A stretch of DNA of 64,000 nt, taken from positions 25,313 to 89,312 of the forward strand of contig DATAYL010000543.1 of the NCBI GenBank assembly GCA_036272575.1, in the 5' to 3' direction. Below the pieces are notes generated by a model, which worked only from the letters and a program-made list of their open reading frames with translations, searched no databases and was not told where the DNA came from. The DNA comes from Bryobacteraceae bacterium (GTDB lineage Bacteria; Acidobacteriota; Terriglobia; Bryobacterales; Bryobacteraceae). This document shows positions 37,633 through 47,601 of this stretch, in pieces. The position numbers and the translations under genes were made by a program. Numbering within the stretch: position 1 is the first letter of the stretch; each line of letters opens with the position of its first letter.

Positions 37633-38424
37633 TTAAATATTTTTTCCGAATGCCAATGCCACCACCGATACCGCGTTGAAGCAGCCGTGCATAAGCGTCG
37701 AGGGAATGATGGAATTCGTCCGCTCTCGCAGCCATCCAAAAACCACGCCGGCAAGTGTAATAAATAAGGCGTATTGCCACACCCACGAATACTCAAAACC
37801 GTGCAGTGCCCCAAACAGACAGGCAGTAATCAGAATCCCCGCGATCGTACCGAACGTGCGTGAGAGCAGCGGTTGAATAAATCCGCGAAAGAACATTTCT
37901 TCGAAAATAGGCGCCAGCACTACCGCCACAATGGTGAATAGTGCGAGCGACCAGGGCGTGTTTGTAAATTGATTGAACGGTAGATCGATTTTCGGTGTCC
38001 GCAACAATGAGCCGAGTGCCGACAACACAAACGCCAGTACGAACCCGCCCGCGCCGACCAGCCACAGATTGATGCGCGGCGATCGCCAACCGAGCGAGCG
38101 AAATACCGGCTGATGGTAGCGCAAACGGAACGCTATCCAAAAGCTTAGATAGACTCCCAAGTAGAAGGCCAACTGCACGGGCATAGCAATTGCGCTGGGA
38201 TCGGTGCGAATCGAAGGATAACGCAGCGCCAACAAACCCACCGCTACCAGCAACAATGCGCTGAACGCAAAGAGCAATCCAAAAACTAACGCTAAATCCG
38301 TATAGTTCCAGAACGGCTCGCGCGTCACTACAGCTGGCGCAATAATTTCTTCCGCTGGCGGCTCGGGCGAGATCACTTCGGGTGTTAACTCCACTGACGG
38401 ATCTTGCCCCTCGTCAGGCTGCAT
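37633..38424 (-). CDS. CPBP family intramembrane glutamic endopeptidase (CAAX protease/Abi family)
   Basis: Multi-TM protein with [16 protein letters not shown] and HGCFNA motifs. The start overlaps the uvrA stop by 11 nt. Confidence 0.8.
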   Translation of the reverse strand: MQPDEGQDPSVELTPEVISPEPPAEEIIAPAVVTREPFWNYTDLALVFGLLFAFSALLLVAVGLLALRYPSIRTDPSAIAMPVQLAFYLGVYLSFWIAFRLRYHQPVFRSLGWRSPRINLWLVGAGGFVLAFVLSALGSLLRTPKIDLPFNQFTNTPWSLALFTIVAVVLAPIFEEMFFRGFIQPLLSRTFGTIAGILITACLFGALHGFEYSWVWQYALFITLAGVVFGWLRERTNSIIPSTLMHGCFNAVSVVALAFGKNI

Positions 38425-41173
38425 GGTTGACCCTCGTCATCTTGCGCAGCGCTTCGGCAGTATGGCTGTGCCGATTTTCTAAAATCTCCTCCGGCGTGCC
38501 TTTCACGACAATCTCGCCGCCGCCTTCGCCGCCCTCCGGGCCCATATCGATCAGGTAATCCGCGGTCTTGATCACATCAAGGTTATGTTCAATCACCACG
38601 ACCGTGTTCCCCAGATCCACCAAACGCTGCAGGACGGCGAGCAGATGCTTCACGTCTTCAAAGTGCAGTCCGGTGGTTGGCTCGTCCAGCAGATAAAAAG
38701 TCTTGCCGGTCTGGCGTTTGCTGAGCTCTTTCGCAAGCTTGATGCGCTGCGCTTCGCCGCCCGAAAGCGTTGTCGACGATTGACCCAGGTGCAAATAACC
38801 AAGCCCTACCTCGGTCAACGTCTTCAGCTTTGCATGCACCTGTGGAATATTTGTTAAACTTTCCAGCGCTTCATCCACCGTCGATTCGAGCAGGTCCGCG
38901 ATACTCTTTCCGCGATACTTCACTTGCAGCGTCTCCGTGTTGTACCGCCGTCCGCGGCACACGTCGCAAGTGACATAGACATCGGGCAGAAAATTCATTT
39001 CAATGCGCTTCAACCCGTCACCCTGGCAAGCCTCGCAGCGGCCGCCCTTCACGTTGAAGCTGAAGCGCCCCGCTTTGTAGCCGCGCTCGCGCGATTCCGG
39101 CAGCATCGCGTAAATCTCACGGATCGGTCCGAAAACACCGGTGTAGGTAGCCGGATTCGAGCGCGGAGTCCGGCCGATCGGTGATTGATCGATCTCGATC
39201 ACTTTGTCGATGTTCTCAAGCCCCACAATCGCGGAGTGCGCTCCCGGGGCCTGGCTCGATCCATATACTTCCTTGGCCAAAGCACGATACAAAATATCGT
39301 GAACGAGGGTAGATTTGCCGCTTCCGGAAACGCCCGTCACCACCGTAAACGTGCCCAGCGGAAAATCGACGTCCACGTCTTTCAGGTTGTGCTCGGCGGC
39401 GCCCTTCACGCCGACAAACAGACCGTTGCCCTTGCGCCGCACGGCTGGCGAGGGAATGGACATTTTGCCGGACAAATATTCGCCTGTCAAAGATTGTGGC
39501 GCCTGCATGATCTGGGCCGGCGTTCCCTGGGCCATCACGCCGCCGCCTAATCTGCCTGCGCGCGGCCCTAAATCAATGACGTAGTCCGCGCGCTCGATAG
39601 TCTCGGCATCGTGTTCCACCACCAGCACTGTGTTTCCCAGATCGCGCAAGTGATGCAGCGTGTCAAGCAATCGTCCGTTATCGCGCGGATGCAATCCAAT
39701 CGACGGTTCGTCGAGCACGTACAACACGCCGCGCAGCTTCGAGCCGATCTGTGTGGCCAGCCGGATGCGCTGCGCTTCTCCTCCTGAAATGGTGGCTGAC
39801 GATCGCTCCAGGCTCAAGTAATCCAGCCCTACCGCACACAGAAATTGCAAGCGATTCTGAATCTCCTCGATCACCCGTCCCACTACCTTCAACTCGCGCT
39901 CGCTGAAAGACCAGTCCACCAGCAGCGGCAGGGCACGGGCAATCGGCATCTCGGTAAAGTCCGCGATTGAGATGCCCTTCACGCGCACCGCCAAACTCGA
40001 AGGTTTCAGTCGCTTTCCTTTGCAATCGGGGCACAACGTCGGCGACATATAATCCATCAGCCATTCGCGATAGCCTTCGCTCGACCGCGCGTAACTTTCA
40101 TCAAGTATCTGCAGAATGCCGGGGAATTGGCTGCCACCGTAAAGCAACGTATTCCTGGTCTTCTTCGGCAAGTCCTCAAACGGCGCCGAGAGATCGAGCT
40201 TACTGGCGTCCGCGAATTCGTTCAACGCCGATATCATGTAAGAAGAGGTCGAACCCGGCCCTAGTCCGCCATCCAATAACGGCTTGGAGGCATCAGCGAC
40301 AACCTTTACCGGGTCGAAGGCCCACGTGCTGCCCACACCCTTGCAGGTCTCGCACGCTCCGTAAGGGCTGTTAAACGAAAAGGAGCGCGGTTCCAGCTGC
40401 GGGATGCTGGTTCCGTCGTTTGGGCAGGCAAGTTTCTCAGAGTACAAGCGCTCCGGCCCGCTCACCACCGAAACAACCACCAGACCGTCTGCCCACTTCA
40501 GCGCGGTTTGAATTGAATTCTCCAGGCGCTGTTCAATGCCCGGCTTCACCACCAGACGATCGATCACGACCTCAATGGTGTGGTTTTTGCGCTTGTCGAG
40601 CTTCGTTGGCTCGTCTAACGTGCGGAGCTCACCATCGATCCGCGCGCGAAAGCCGCCCTTGGCGATTGCTTCCAGCTCCTTCTTGTACTCTCCCTTGCGC
40701 CCGCGCGCAATCGGCGCCAGGATCATGATGCGCTCATTCTGATGCAGGCTGAACACCTGCTCCAGAATCTGCGCGGGAGACTGCCGCGCAATCTCGGCGC
40801 CGCAAAGCGGACAATGCGGCACGCCTACCGACGCAAACAGCAGCCGCAAATAGTCGTAGATCTCCGTCACCGTTCCGACCGTCGAACGCGGACTGCGCGT
40901 AGTCGTCTTCTGCTCAATTGAAATCGCCGGGCTCAGGCCATCGACCGAATCCACTTCCGGCCGCTCCATCTGGTCCAAAAACTGCCGCGCATAGGGAGAC
41001 AAGGTCTCGACATAGCGCCGCTGGCCCTCGGCGTAGATCGTGTCAAACGCCAGCGAGCTCTTGCCCGATCCGCTCAAGCCCGTGATGACGGTAAAAGTAT
41101 TCCGCGGAATCTCGACACTAATATTTTTCAGATTGTGCTGGCGGGCGCCGTGCACGGTTATTCGGTCCAACAT
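38414..41173 (-). CDS. uvrA: excinuclease ABC subunit A
   Basis: [49 protein letters not shown], two ABC modules, LSGGEAQR twice, and zinc-finger Cys clusters. 919 aa. Confidence 0.97.
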   Translation of the reverse strand: MLDRITVHGARQHNLKNISVEIPRNTFTVITGLSGSGKSSLAFDTIYAEGQRRYVETLSPYARQFLDQMERPEVDSVDGLSPAISIEQKTTTRSPRSTVGTVTEIYDYLRLLFASVGVPHCPLCGAEIARQSPAQILEQVFSLHQNERIMILAPIARGRKGEYKKELEAIAKGGFRARIDGELRTLDEPTKLDKRKNHTIEVVIDRLVVKPGIEQRLENSIQTALKWADGLVVVSVVSGPERLYSEKLACPNDGTSIPQLEPRSFSFNSPYGACETCKGVGSTWAFDPVKVVADASKPLLDGGLGPGSTSSYMISALNEFADASKLDLSAPFEDLPKKTRNTLLYGGSQFPGILQILDESYARSSEGYREWLMDYMSPTLCPDCKGKRLKPSSLAVRVKGISIADFTEMPIARALPLLVDWSFSERELKVVGRVIEEIQNRLQFLCAVGLDYLSLERSSATISGGEAQRIRLATQIGSKLRGVLYVLDEPSIGLHPRDNGRLLDTLHHLRDLGNTVLVVEHDAETIERADYVIDLGPRAGRLGGGVMAQGTPAQIMQAPQSLTGEYLSGKMSIPSPAVRRKGNGLFVGVKGAAEHNLKDVDVDFPLGTFTVVTGVSGSGKSTLVHDILYRALAKEVYGSSQAPGAHSAIVGLENIDKVIEIDQSPIGRTPRSNPATYTGVFGPIREIYAMLPESRERGYKAGRFSFNVKGGRCEACQGDGLKRIEMNFLPDVYVTCDVCRGRRYNTETLQVKYRGKSIADLLESTVDEALESLTNIPQVHAKLKTLTEVGLGYLHLGQSSTTLSGGEAQRIKLAKELSKRQTGKTFYLLDEPTTGLHFEDVKHLLAVLQRLVDLGNTVVVIEHNLDVIKTADYLIDMGPEGGEGGGEIVVKGTPEEILENRHSHTAEALRKMTRVNHAA

Positions 41174-41257
41174 GAAGGAGAGCTAACTCCATTGTCCTTT
41201 ATCGAAGCTTTAGAAGGCTCGGCGGAACCGGGTGAACCTTCCCAATGGCGTCGGCGC

Positions 41258-41285
41258 TTCGAGTCTCGTTAGCGATCAATATAAT
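41258..41285 (+). promoter_or_regulatory. candidate promoter (perfect -10 TATAAT, weak -35)
   Basis: TATAAT at 41280..41285, 36 nt upstream of ATG 41322. The best -35 is only TTCGAG (41258..41263, 16-nt spacer). A T9 run at 41301..41309 lies in the leader. Confidence 0.25.
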
Positions 41286-41321
41286 TGTGCCTGCCAAGAG
41301 TTTTTTTTTGAAAGGACCACC

Positions 41322-42023
41322 ATGCGATTCGTTCTAGGCGCCGTTGTGACGACTGCTTTCTTTATCCTCACCCCCTGCTTTATGGCTCAGGGTCAAACAG
41401 ACGGGTCCCGCGCCGTTGAGGGGGGCGGCATTTCAGTCCCGGGTTGGACGGGTGCGATCGACCCTAGTGAGCAGAGCAAGGGCCAATCGCTGAAAGATGC
41501 GAAGCTGGCCCAGGACGGGGCCGCACTTCACGTGACAACCGGTCCGGCGGCGGCCTTTTGGAATCCGGCGAATAAGGCCACGGGCGATTACACCGTCAAG
41601 GCGACCTTCACGGAGCCCAAGTACATGAACCTGAACACTCATCCTCATCCTTACGGGCTATTCATCGCCGGCAACGATTTGGGGACGCCGCAGCAGAGTT
41701 ATCTCTACTGCGCGGCCTACGGCAACGGCAACTTTATTGTTCGCGGGTTCGGCCCTGAACCGTTTCAAATGAATGGCCGGCGAGGTGAGACGAATCCCGC
41801 AGTGCACAAGGCGGCTGGTCCGGGGCAGCCCGTGACTCAGGAAATCGCTCTTTCTGTGACTGGCAACCAGGTGCAATGCGCAATCAACGGAACCGTTGTC
41901 GGGACTTATGACAAAGCAGCGCTAGTCACCGCGGGGAAGCTTAAATCTACCGATGGTGTCTATGGCATCCGGTTCGCCCACAACACGGATGCACTCGTAA
42001 CGGATCTCAGCAAAACTAAATAA
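41322..42023 (+). CDS. secreted protein, possibly DUF1080 / LamG-like jelly-roll
   Basis: Signal peptide MRFVLGAVVTTAFFILTPCFMAQG. Beta-rich, with ...GDYTVKATFTE...GLFIAGND...GIRFAHNTDALVTDL, reminiscent of DUF1080 domains. Family call is weak. Confidence 0.45.
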   Translation: MRFVLGAVVTTAFFILTPCFMAQGQTDGSRAVEGGGISVPGWTGAIDPSEQSKGQSLKDAKLAQDGAALHVTTGPAAAFWNPANKATGDYTVKATFTEPKYMNLNTHPHPYGLFIAGNDLGTPQQSYLYCAAYGNGNFIVRGFGPEPFQMNGRRGETNPAVHKAAGPGQPVTQEIALSVTGNQVQCAINGTVVGTYDKAALVTAGKLKSTDGVYGIRFAHNTDALVTDLSKTK

Positions 42024-42082
42024 GTTCCGGTTGAGTTGAGCGCTTGGCCGCCGAGTTCCGGGAAGAATGCCGGCTCTGCGCA

Positions 42083-42586
42083 TTATTCGCGCTCCCAAAA
42101 TGGCGGCGGCTCAATACCTAGTGCTCGCAGATACACGTATCCTTGCCCGCGGTGATGAATCTCATTGTCAATTGCGTACTGAATGGTTGCCAATCCGGGA
42201 GACTCCCATTGGCCGAACGCCTTATCGACTTCCCTGAAGCGATGCGGGGGAATCATGGAGAACTTCTGATTTAGCTCAGTTGTTTGGTCATCCCATATCT
42301 TCAAGAGCTCGGCCTTGGTAGTCGGCTTCGGGTTCTTGTACTCTTCCCATTTGCCGGTAGCCACGCCTTCAGCAACCGGTACGGCCATTCGGATGAATTC
42401 CCAAGCCATTTCCGAGAAGGGACGCATGCCTCCTACTGAAAAGCTAAACAGCTTGTCCTCGGGAAAAGCTTCGATCGTCCTTCGGGTGAGCTTTCTATGG
42501 CCCTGCCAATTCTTCAAAAGACCGTCCGCTGTCTGCACATCGACTTTCGTCGCCTCGTCTGTCATTTGGTTCTCCTTCTGTCCCAT
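42083..42586 (-). CDS. DinB-family (four-helix-bundle metalloprotein) protein
   Basis: LKNWQGHRKLTRRTIEAFPEDKL... and C-terminal AIDNEIHHRGQGYVYLR, the DinB_2-type His triad context. Confidence 0.75.
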   Translation of the reverse strand: MGQKENQMTDEATKVDVQTADGLLKNWQGHRKLTRRTIEAFPEDKLFSFSVGGMRPFSEMAWEFIRMAVPVAEGVATGKWEEYKNPKPTTKAELLKIWDDQTTELNQKFSMIPPHRFREVDKAFGQWESPGLATIQYAIDNEIHHRGQGYVYLRALGIEPPPFWERE

Positions 42587-42616
42587 TCGGGCTCAAATCA
42601 AGCGTAAAGAAGAATC

Positions 42617-42633
42617 ACGACAACCTCTGTCGT
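42617..42633. promoter_or_regulatory. inverted repeat ACGACA-N5-TGTCGT in the DinB/WYL divergent intergenic region (candidate operator)
   Basis: Perfect 6-bp arms, read directly from the sequence. It lies 26 nt upstream of the regulator start. Confidence 0.3.
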
Positions 42634-42658
42634 AATTTGGTAGGGCGATCAGATTTTT

Positions 42659-43606
42659 ATGTACGATCCGATCATGCGAGTCCTGACGGTGCTCGAGATT
42701 TTGCAGGCTCGCGAGCATGTCAGTGGAGCAGAACTTGCCGAACGCCTGGAGGTCGATATTCGCACTGTCCAGCGCTATATCGTTCGTTTGCAGGATCTAA
42801 GCATTCCCGTTGAATCCGTCCGAGGTGTCGGCGGGTTTTATCGGTTGCGACCCGGATTTCGTCTCCCGCCGCTGATGTTTACAGATGAGGAGGCGTTCGC
42901 GCTCTCATTAGGGCTTAGGGCGCTCCGCCAACTTGGGCTCTCGGCATTCGCGCCCGCTACGGAAGGTGCATCGGCAAAATTGGGCCGAGTCTTGCCAAAC
43001 GCGCTCCGCGAGAGCATTCAAACTGTTGAGGAGGTAGTGGCGGTCGAACCCGGTCCATGGGTTATCTCCACCTCCGCTGAATTTCTCATTCGGGTAGCGT
43101 CGGCTATACGAATGCGCCGGCAAGTGAACTTTGAATATCGATCTCATGCGGGCGCAAGTTCGCATCGTCAACTTGAACCTTACGGGGTGATTCACACCGA
43201 TGGACGGTGGTATCTGATTGGCCGTTGCCTCTCAAGAGAAGCTCTTCGTACATTTCGACTCGATCGTGTTGCCGATCTCGATGTTAGGGCTGAAACCTTC
43301 AAACGTCCGAGCGATTTCGACGCGCGAACCTACTTACGAGAGCGCATGCCGTTCGTGGAATCGGAGTATCAGATCGATGTCTGGATCGACATGCCGATCG
43401 GAGAGGCCGAACGGACGTTCGCATTTTGGAGAGTTGCTACTGAAGAGAACGAAGCCGGGACTCGATTACGCTGCAGCCGGGATCATCTGGAGATGTTTGC
43501 GGCCATGCTGCTCAGCATGGGGCGCCGCATTGTGGTGCGCGAGCCTGCGGAACTGAGGGAAGCGTTCAGCAAACTTGCGCTCCAGGCTGCCCAAGCAGCG
43601 CAGTGA
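42659..43606 (+). CDS. YafY-family transcriptional regulator (HTH + WYL domain)
   Basis: RVLTVLEILQAREHVSGAELAERLEVDIRTVQRYIVRL (DeoR-type HTH), then ...LEPYGVIHTDGRWYLIG (WYL motif). Confidence 0.8.
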   Translation: MYDPIMRVLTVLEILQAREHVSGAELAERLEVDIRTVQRYIVRLQDLSIPVESVRGVGGFYRLRPGFRLPPLMFTDEEAFALSLGLRALRQLGLSAFAPATEGASAKLGRVLPNALRESIQTVEEVVAVEPGPWVISTSAEFLIRVASAIRMRRQVNFEYRSHAGASSHRQLEPYGVIHTDGRWYLIGRCLSREALRTFRLDRVADLDVRAETFKRPSDFDARTYLRERMPFVESEYQIDVWIDMPIGEAERTFAFWRVATEENEAGTRLRCSRDHLEMFAAMLLSMGRRIVVREPAELREAFSKLALQAAQAAQ

Positions 43607-43632
43607 CGCGTTTACCGTAATCCCGGAGTAAC

Positions 43633-44502
43633 TCAGCGAACCGAAGACGTCAGTCCGCCATCGACGATCATCGATAAACCTGTAACGTATGAAGCACTCC
43701 CGCTCAACAACCAAAGAGCGGCTTTGGCTGCTTCTTGAGGATTTCCAACTCTGCCCAATGGAACGCGTGCAGCCAATCCCTTGAAAGCTTCGTCGACCGC
43801 AACTGGATCGTTGCCTACAGTTTGCTTGATTGCGTCTTGAAGCATATCCGTATTAAAGCCGCCGGCTACCAAGGCGTTCACACGAATTCCATCGCTCGCA
43901 TACTCTTGCGCGGCAGATTTTGTCAACCCGAGTATTCCGGCCTTCGCCATGGAGTAAAGCGAAGCGCTACGGGCCCCACCAAGCCCATTTACGGAGGACG
44001 TATTAACGATCGAGCCTCCCGGGGGTTCCTGCAGTTTCATTTGTTCAATCTCATACTTCATGCATAGCCAGACACTCTTCAAATTTGCAGTAATCTGGGT
44101 ATCGAACTCGGCCTCACTATAGTCTGCCAAGCGACCAACTGATCCTAAACTTGCAGCGTTGTTGAAGGCGCAATCGACGCGTCCGAAGCTCTCAACAGCC
44201 CTGCTCACCATCCGTCGAACCGCAGCGGATTCGGATACGTCTGCCTGGATGAAGAGAACCTGGTGACCTTCTGCTCGCAACCGTTCGGCTAAATCTTCGC
44301 CGCGCTTGGGAGAGCGTGCTGCAAAGACAACCTGCGCTCCCTCCTGCGCAAAAAGCTCTACGGCAGCTCTGCCAATCCCGGCGCTGCCTCCTGTAATGAT
44401 TACAACCTGCCCCGTCATTACATCGCCCATAAATCCGGGTCCTCCTTCAGGCCGTTCTACCAGCATATTCGTCGAAAAGGCAAATCCCGGACCGCTCATC
44501 AA
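43633..44502 (-). CDS. SDR family oxidoreductase
   Basis: VVIITGGSAGIGRAA (TGxxxGxG), NNAA, and S...YSMAKAG (YxxxK). The likelier start is ATG 44430 or 44418. Confidence 0.85.
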   Translation of the reverse strand: MMSGPGFAFSTNMLVERPEGGPGFMGDVMTGQVVIITGGSAGIGRAAVELFAQEGAQVVFAARSPKRGEDLAERLRAEGHQVLFIQADVSESAAVRRMVSRAVESFGRVDCAFNNAASLGSVGRLADYSEAEFDTQITANLKSVWLCMKYEIEQMKLQEPPGGSIVNTSSVNGLGGARSASLYSMAKAGILGLTKSAAQEYASDGIRVNALVAGGFNTDMLQDAIKQTVGNDPVAVDEAFKGLAARVPLGRVGNPQEAAKAALWLLSGSASYVTGLSMIVDGGLTSSVR

Positions 44503-44695
44503 TCAGCAGAGAGATTCACTGTTGTTCTCACCGATCCTCGAGGCTACGGAGATTCCGGCAAACGAGAACTATTCCTTTCGCGCCATAGGCGCGGCCCCGG
44601 CGAATCGCAAACCGTAAACTTCACCCTCTTTTAAACTCGCTAAGATAGCGTAGCGGCCACTTGGCGGAGGTGCTCGCAACCGAATACGAACACCT

Positions 44696-45655
44696 ATGGC
44701 GAAGAATTTCAATGATCTGTCAGAGGCTGAAATCCTGGCGCTGGCGGTCTCGCTCGAAGAAGAAGACGGGCGTATTTACGGGGAGTTTGCGGAAGCGCTG
44801 CGGGCCGATTTCCCGGCTACCGCGAACATGCTGGATGAGATGCAAGAAGAAGAATCCAGTCACCGCAGCAGACTGATTGAACTCTACCGGCAGCGCTTTG
44901 GCGAGCGGCTTCCGCTCATCCGCCGCCAGGACGTGAAGGGCTTTGTTTCGCGGCCGCCGGTTTGGTTACTACGCCCGCTCGGACCGGCAGCCGTTCGCAA
45001 AACCATCGAGTCTATGGAAACGGAGACCACGCGCTTTTACCAGCTGGCCATGGCTCGCACTGGGGATGCCTCCACGCGCCAATTGCTCGGTGATCTGGCC
45101 GAGGCAGAGGTACAACACACCCTGGCGGCTGAAACCATCGAGCAAAAACATCTTACTGCCGAAGCGCATGCCGGCGAAAAAGAGGCGCTGCGCCGCAACT
45201 TCGTCCTGCAATTCGTCCAACCGGGTCTAGCGGGCTTGATGGACGGCTCCGTGTCTACCTTGGCGCCGCTCTTCGCCGCTGCCTTCGCCACTCATCGCCC
45301 TCACGACGCTTTCCTGGTTGGCCTCGCCGCCTCGGTCGGCGCCGGCATTTCGATGGCTTTCGCCGAAGGTCTTTCTGATGATGGATCGTTGACCGGACGC
45401 GGCAAACCGGTCATTCGCGGCTGCATCACGGGCGCCATGACCTTTGCCGGCGGCATCGGCCACACGCTCCCCTATCTCATCAATGACTTTAGGACGGCGA
45501 CCGCCATCGCTGTAGCCGTCGTCGCCGTCGAACTGGGCCTAATCAGCTGGATTCGCCAGCATTACATGGATACGCCGTTTCTGCGCGCCGCTTTGCAAGT
45601 CATCGTCGGCGGGGTCCTGGTCTTCCTTGCCGGGATTCTCATCGGCACATCTTGA
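44696..45655 (+). CDS. ferritin-like (erythrin) domain fused to a VIT1/CCC1-type iron transporter
   Basis: N-terminus LSEAEILALAVSLEEEDGRIYGEFAE...EMQEEESSHRSRL (ExxH di-iron pairs). C-terminus is Gly-rich TM helices typical of VIT1 (GLMDGSVSTLAPLF...). Confidence 0.7.
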   Translation: MAKNFNDLSEAEILALAVSLEEEDGRIYGEFAEALRADFPATANMLDEMQEEESSHRSRLIELYRQRFGERLPLIRRQDVKGFVSRPPVWLLRPLGPAAVRKTIESMETETTRFYQLAMARTGDASTRQLLGDLAEAEVQHTLAAETIEQKHLTAEAHAGEKEALRRNFVLQFVQPGLAGLMDGSVSTLAPLFAAAFATHRPHDAFLVGLAASVGAGISMAFAEGLSDDGSLTGRGKPVIRGCITGAMTFAGGIGHTLPYLINDFRTATAIAVAVVAVELGLISWIRQHYMDTPFLRAALQVIVGGVLVFLAGILIGTS

Positions 45656-46059
45656 ACAATAGGGATATGAGTCTGCAGCATCTGGTCGAATACAACGACG
45701 CTACGTCCGAAGTCAAAGCTGTCTATGACGACATCATGACGACGCGCAAGGTCGATTCCGTGAATAATTTCTGGAAGGCACTGGCGGCTGATCCGTCCAC
45801 TCTGCGCCGCACCTGGGATAGTGTCAAGCAAATCATGGGACCCGGCGCTCTTGATCCGGTCACCAAGGAATTGATTTACATCGCCGTAAGCGTGGCGAAT
45901 CAATGCGGGTATTGCATCGCGTCCCACACTGCATCCGCCCGCAAAAAGGGACTCACCGACGAAGGATTTGGGGAACTGATGGCCATCATTGGCCTGGCAA
46001 ATCAAAACAACGCCTTAGTTGCCGGCTACCGCGTTCCTTTCGACGATCAGTTCAAATAG
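45652..46059 (+). CDS. carboxymuconolactone decarboxylase / AhpD-like family protein
   Basis: ELIYIAVSVANQCGYCIASHTASARKKG carries the AhpD-type CxxC/H motif. TTG 45652 overlaps the preceding stop; ATG 45667 is the alternative start. Confidence 0.8.
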   Translation: MNNRDMSLQHLVEYNDATSEVKAVYDDIMTTRKVDSVNNFWKALAADPSTLRRTWDSVKQIMGPGALDPVTKELIYIAVSVANQCGYCIASHTASARKKGLTDEGFGELMAIIGLANQNNALVAGYRVPFDDQFK

Positions 46060-47601
46060 ATGCGGCTCGCTCAAGTTGTCGAAACGTCCCGTCAGATGGC
46101 CGCGACCACCAAGCGGCTGGAAAAAATCGATCGGCTTGCCTCGCTGCTGAAGCGACTAAGTCCGGAAGAAGTCGAGATCGTGGTGTCCTATCTTTCGGGA
46201 AGCACGCGGCAGGGGCGAATCGGAATAGGTTATTCCACGCTTCGTTCCTCGCTGGCGCCGCCGGCCGGAGAACCTTCGATCGAACTGAGCGAACTCGATC
46301 GCACGCTCGACGAATTAGCAAAGGTTAGCGGCGCCGGGTCCGAGAACCGTAAACGCGAGATCTTGCATCAGCTGTTCGCACGCGCCACGGAACCCGAACA
46401 GCAGTTCTTATCCGCGCTGCTGGTTGGTGAGCTGCGCCAGGGCGCGCTCGAGGGCATTATGTTCGAAGCGCTTGCCAAAGCTTCCGGCTTACCTGTCGAG
46501 CGCATTCGTCGCGCTGCCATGATGGCCGGTGGGTCGGCTCCGATCGCCCGCGTTGCGATGGCGGAAGGCGAAGCTGGTCTGACGAAATACGATATCCAAC
46601 TATTTCGTCCGGTACAACCCATGCTCGCGCAGACTGCCGAGGATGTTACCGATGCCCTCCAGGAACTTGGCGGCGAAGCCGCTCTCGAATATAAATTCGA
46701 CGGTGCCCGCGTGCAGGCCCACAAGTCAGGCGAAGAGGTGAAGATCTATTCGCGCGGCGCAAACGACGTGAGCGCGGCTGTGCCGGAGATCGTCGAAGCG
46801 GTTCGCTCGCTTCCCAGCCAAGAGCTCATTCTGGACGGCGAAGTGCTAAGCTTCGATCCGGCCGGGCGTCCTCAACCTTTTCAGATCTCAATGCGCCGCT
46901 TCGGACGCAAGGTTAACATCGCTGCCCTTTTGCAGGAATTGCCAATGACCCCGGTCTGGTTCGATCTTCTTTACCTCAACGGCGGTTCGCTGATCGATGA
47001 GCCGCAGGCCGCGCGCTTTCGCCATCTCTCTGAGCTCGTACCGAATAATCATCTGGTGCCGCATCTGTCGACCGAGAGCCAGGATCGTGGCGAAGACTTC
47101 CTGCATCAGGCGCTCGCCAGCGGTCACGAAGGCATCATGGCCAAAGCGCGTAACGCCGTTTATGCCGCCGGCTCGCGCGGCCAAAGCTGGCTAAAAATCA
47201 AGCAGGCTCGGACGCTCGACCTGGTTATTTTGGCCGCCGAATGGGGTAACGGACGCCGCCAGGGTTGGCTCAGCAACTTACATCTCGGCGCGCGCGACAT
47301 CGAAAAAGGCGGCTTCGCCATGCTCGGCAAAACTTTTAAAGGCCTTACCGATGAAATGCTCGCCTGGCAAACGGCGGAACTGCAGAAAATTGAAATCGCC
47401 CGCGATCGGTACACCGTCTTTGTCGAGCCGAAGATCGTGGTCGAAATCGCCTTCAATGAAATTCAAGTGAGCGCGCGTTATGTGAGCGGTCTTGCCTTGC
47501 GTTTTGCGCGTGTCAAACGATATCGCCCCGATAAGACCGCCGCCGACAGCGACACATTTCAAACCGTACAGAAATTGGCTGGTCTCCCGGTGGCTGGTTG
47601 A
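46060..47601 (+). CDS. ATP-dependent DNA ligase (Lig1/LigB-like, three-domain)
   Basis: EYKFDGARVQAH (KxDG adenylation motif I), LDGEV, EGIMAK and WLKIK motifs. 513 aa with an N-terminal DNA-binding domain. The ATG directly abuts the upstream TAG. Confidence 0.9.
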   Translation: MRLAQVVETSRQMAATTKRLEKIDRLASLLKRLSPEEVEIVVSYLSGSTRQGRIGIGYSTLRSSLAPPAGEPSIELSELDRTLDELAKVSGAGSENRKREILHQLFARATEPEQQFLSALLVGELRQGALEGIMFEALAKASGLPVERIRRAAMMAGGSAPIARVAMAEGEAGLTKYDIQLFRPVQPMLAQTAEDVTDALQELGGEAALEYKFDGARVQAHKSGEEVKIYSRGANDVSAAVPEIVEAVRSLPSQELILDGEVLSFDPAGRPQPFQISMRRFGRKVNIAALLQELPMTPVWFDLLYLNGGSLIDEPQAARFRHLSELVPNNHLVPHLSTESQDRGEDFLHQALASGHEGIMAKARNAVYAAGSRGQSWLKIKQARTLDLVILAAEWGNGRRQGWLSNLHLGARDIEKGGFAMLGKTFKGLTDEMLAWQTAELQKIEIARDRYTVFVEPKIVVEIAFNEIQVSARYVSGLALRFARVKRYRPDKTAADSDTFQTVQKLAGLPVAG

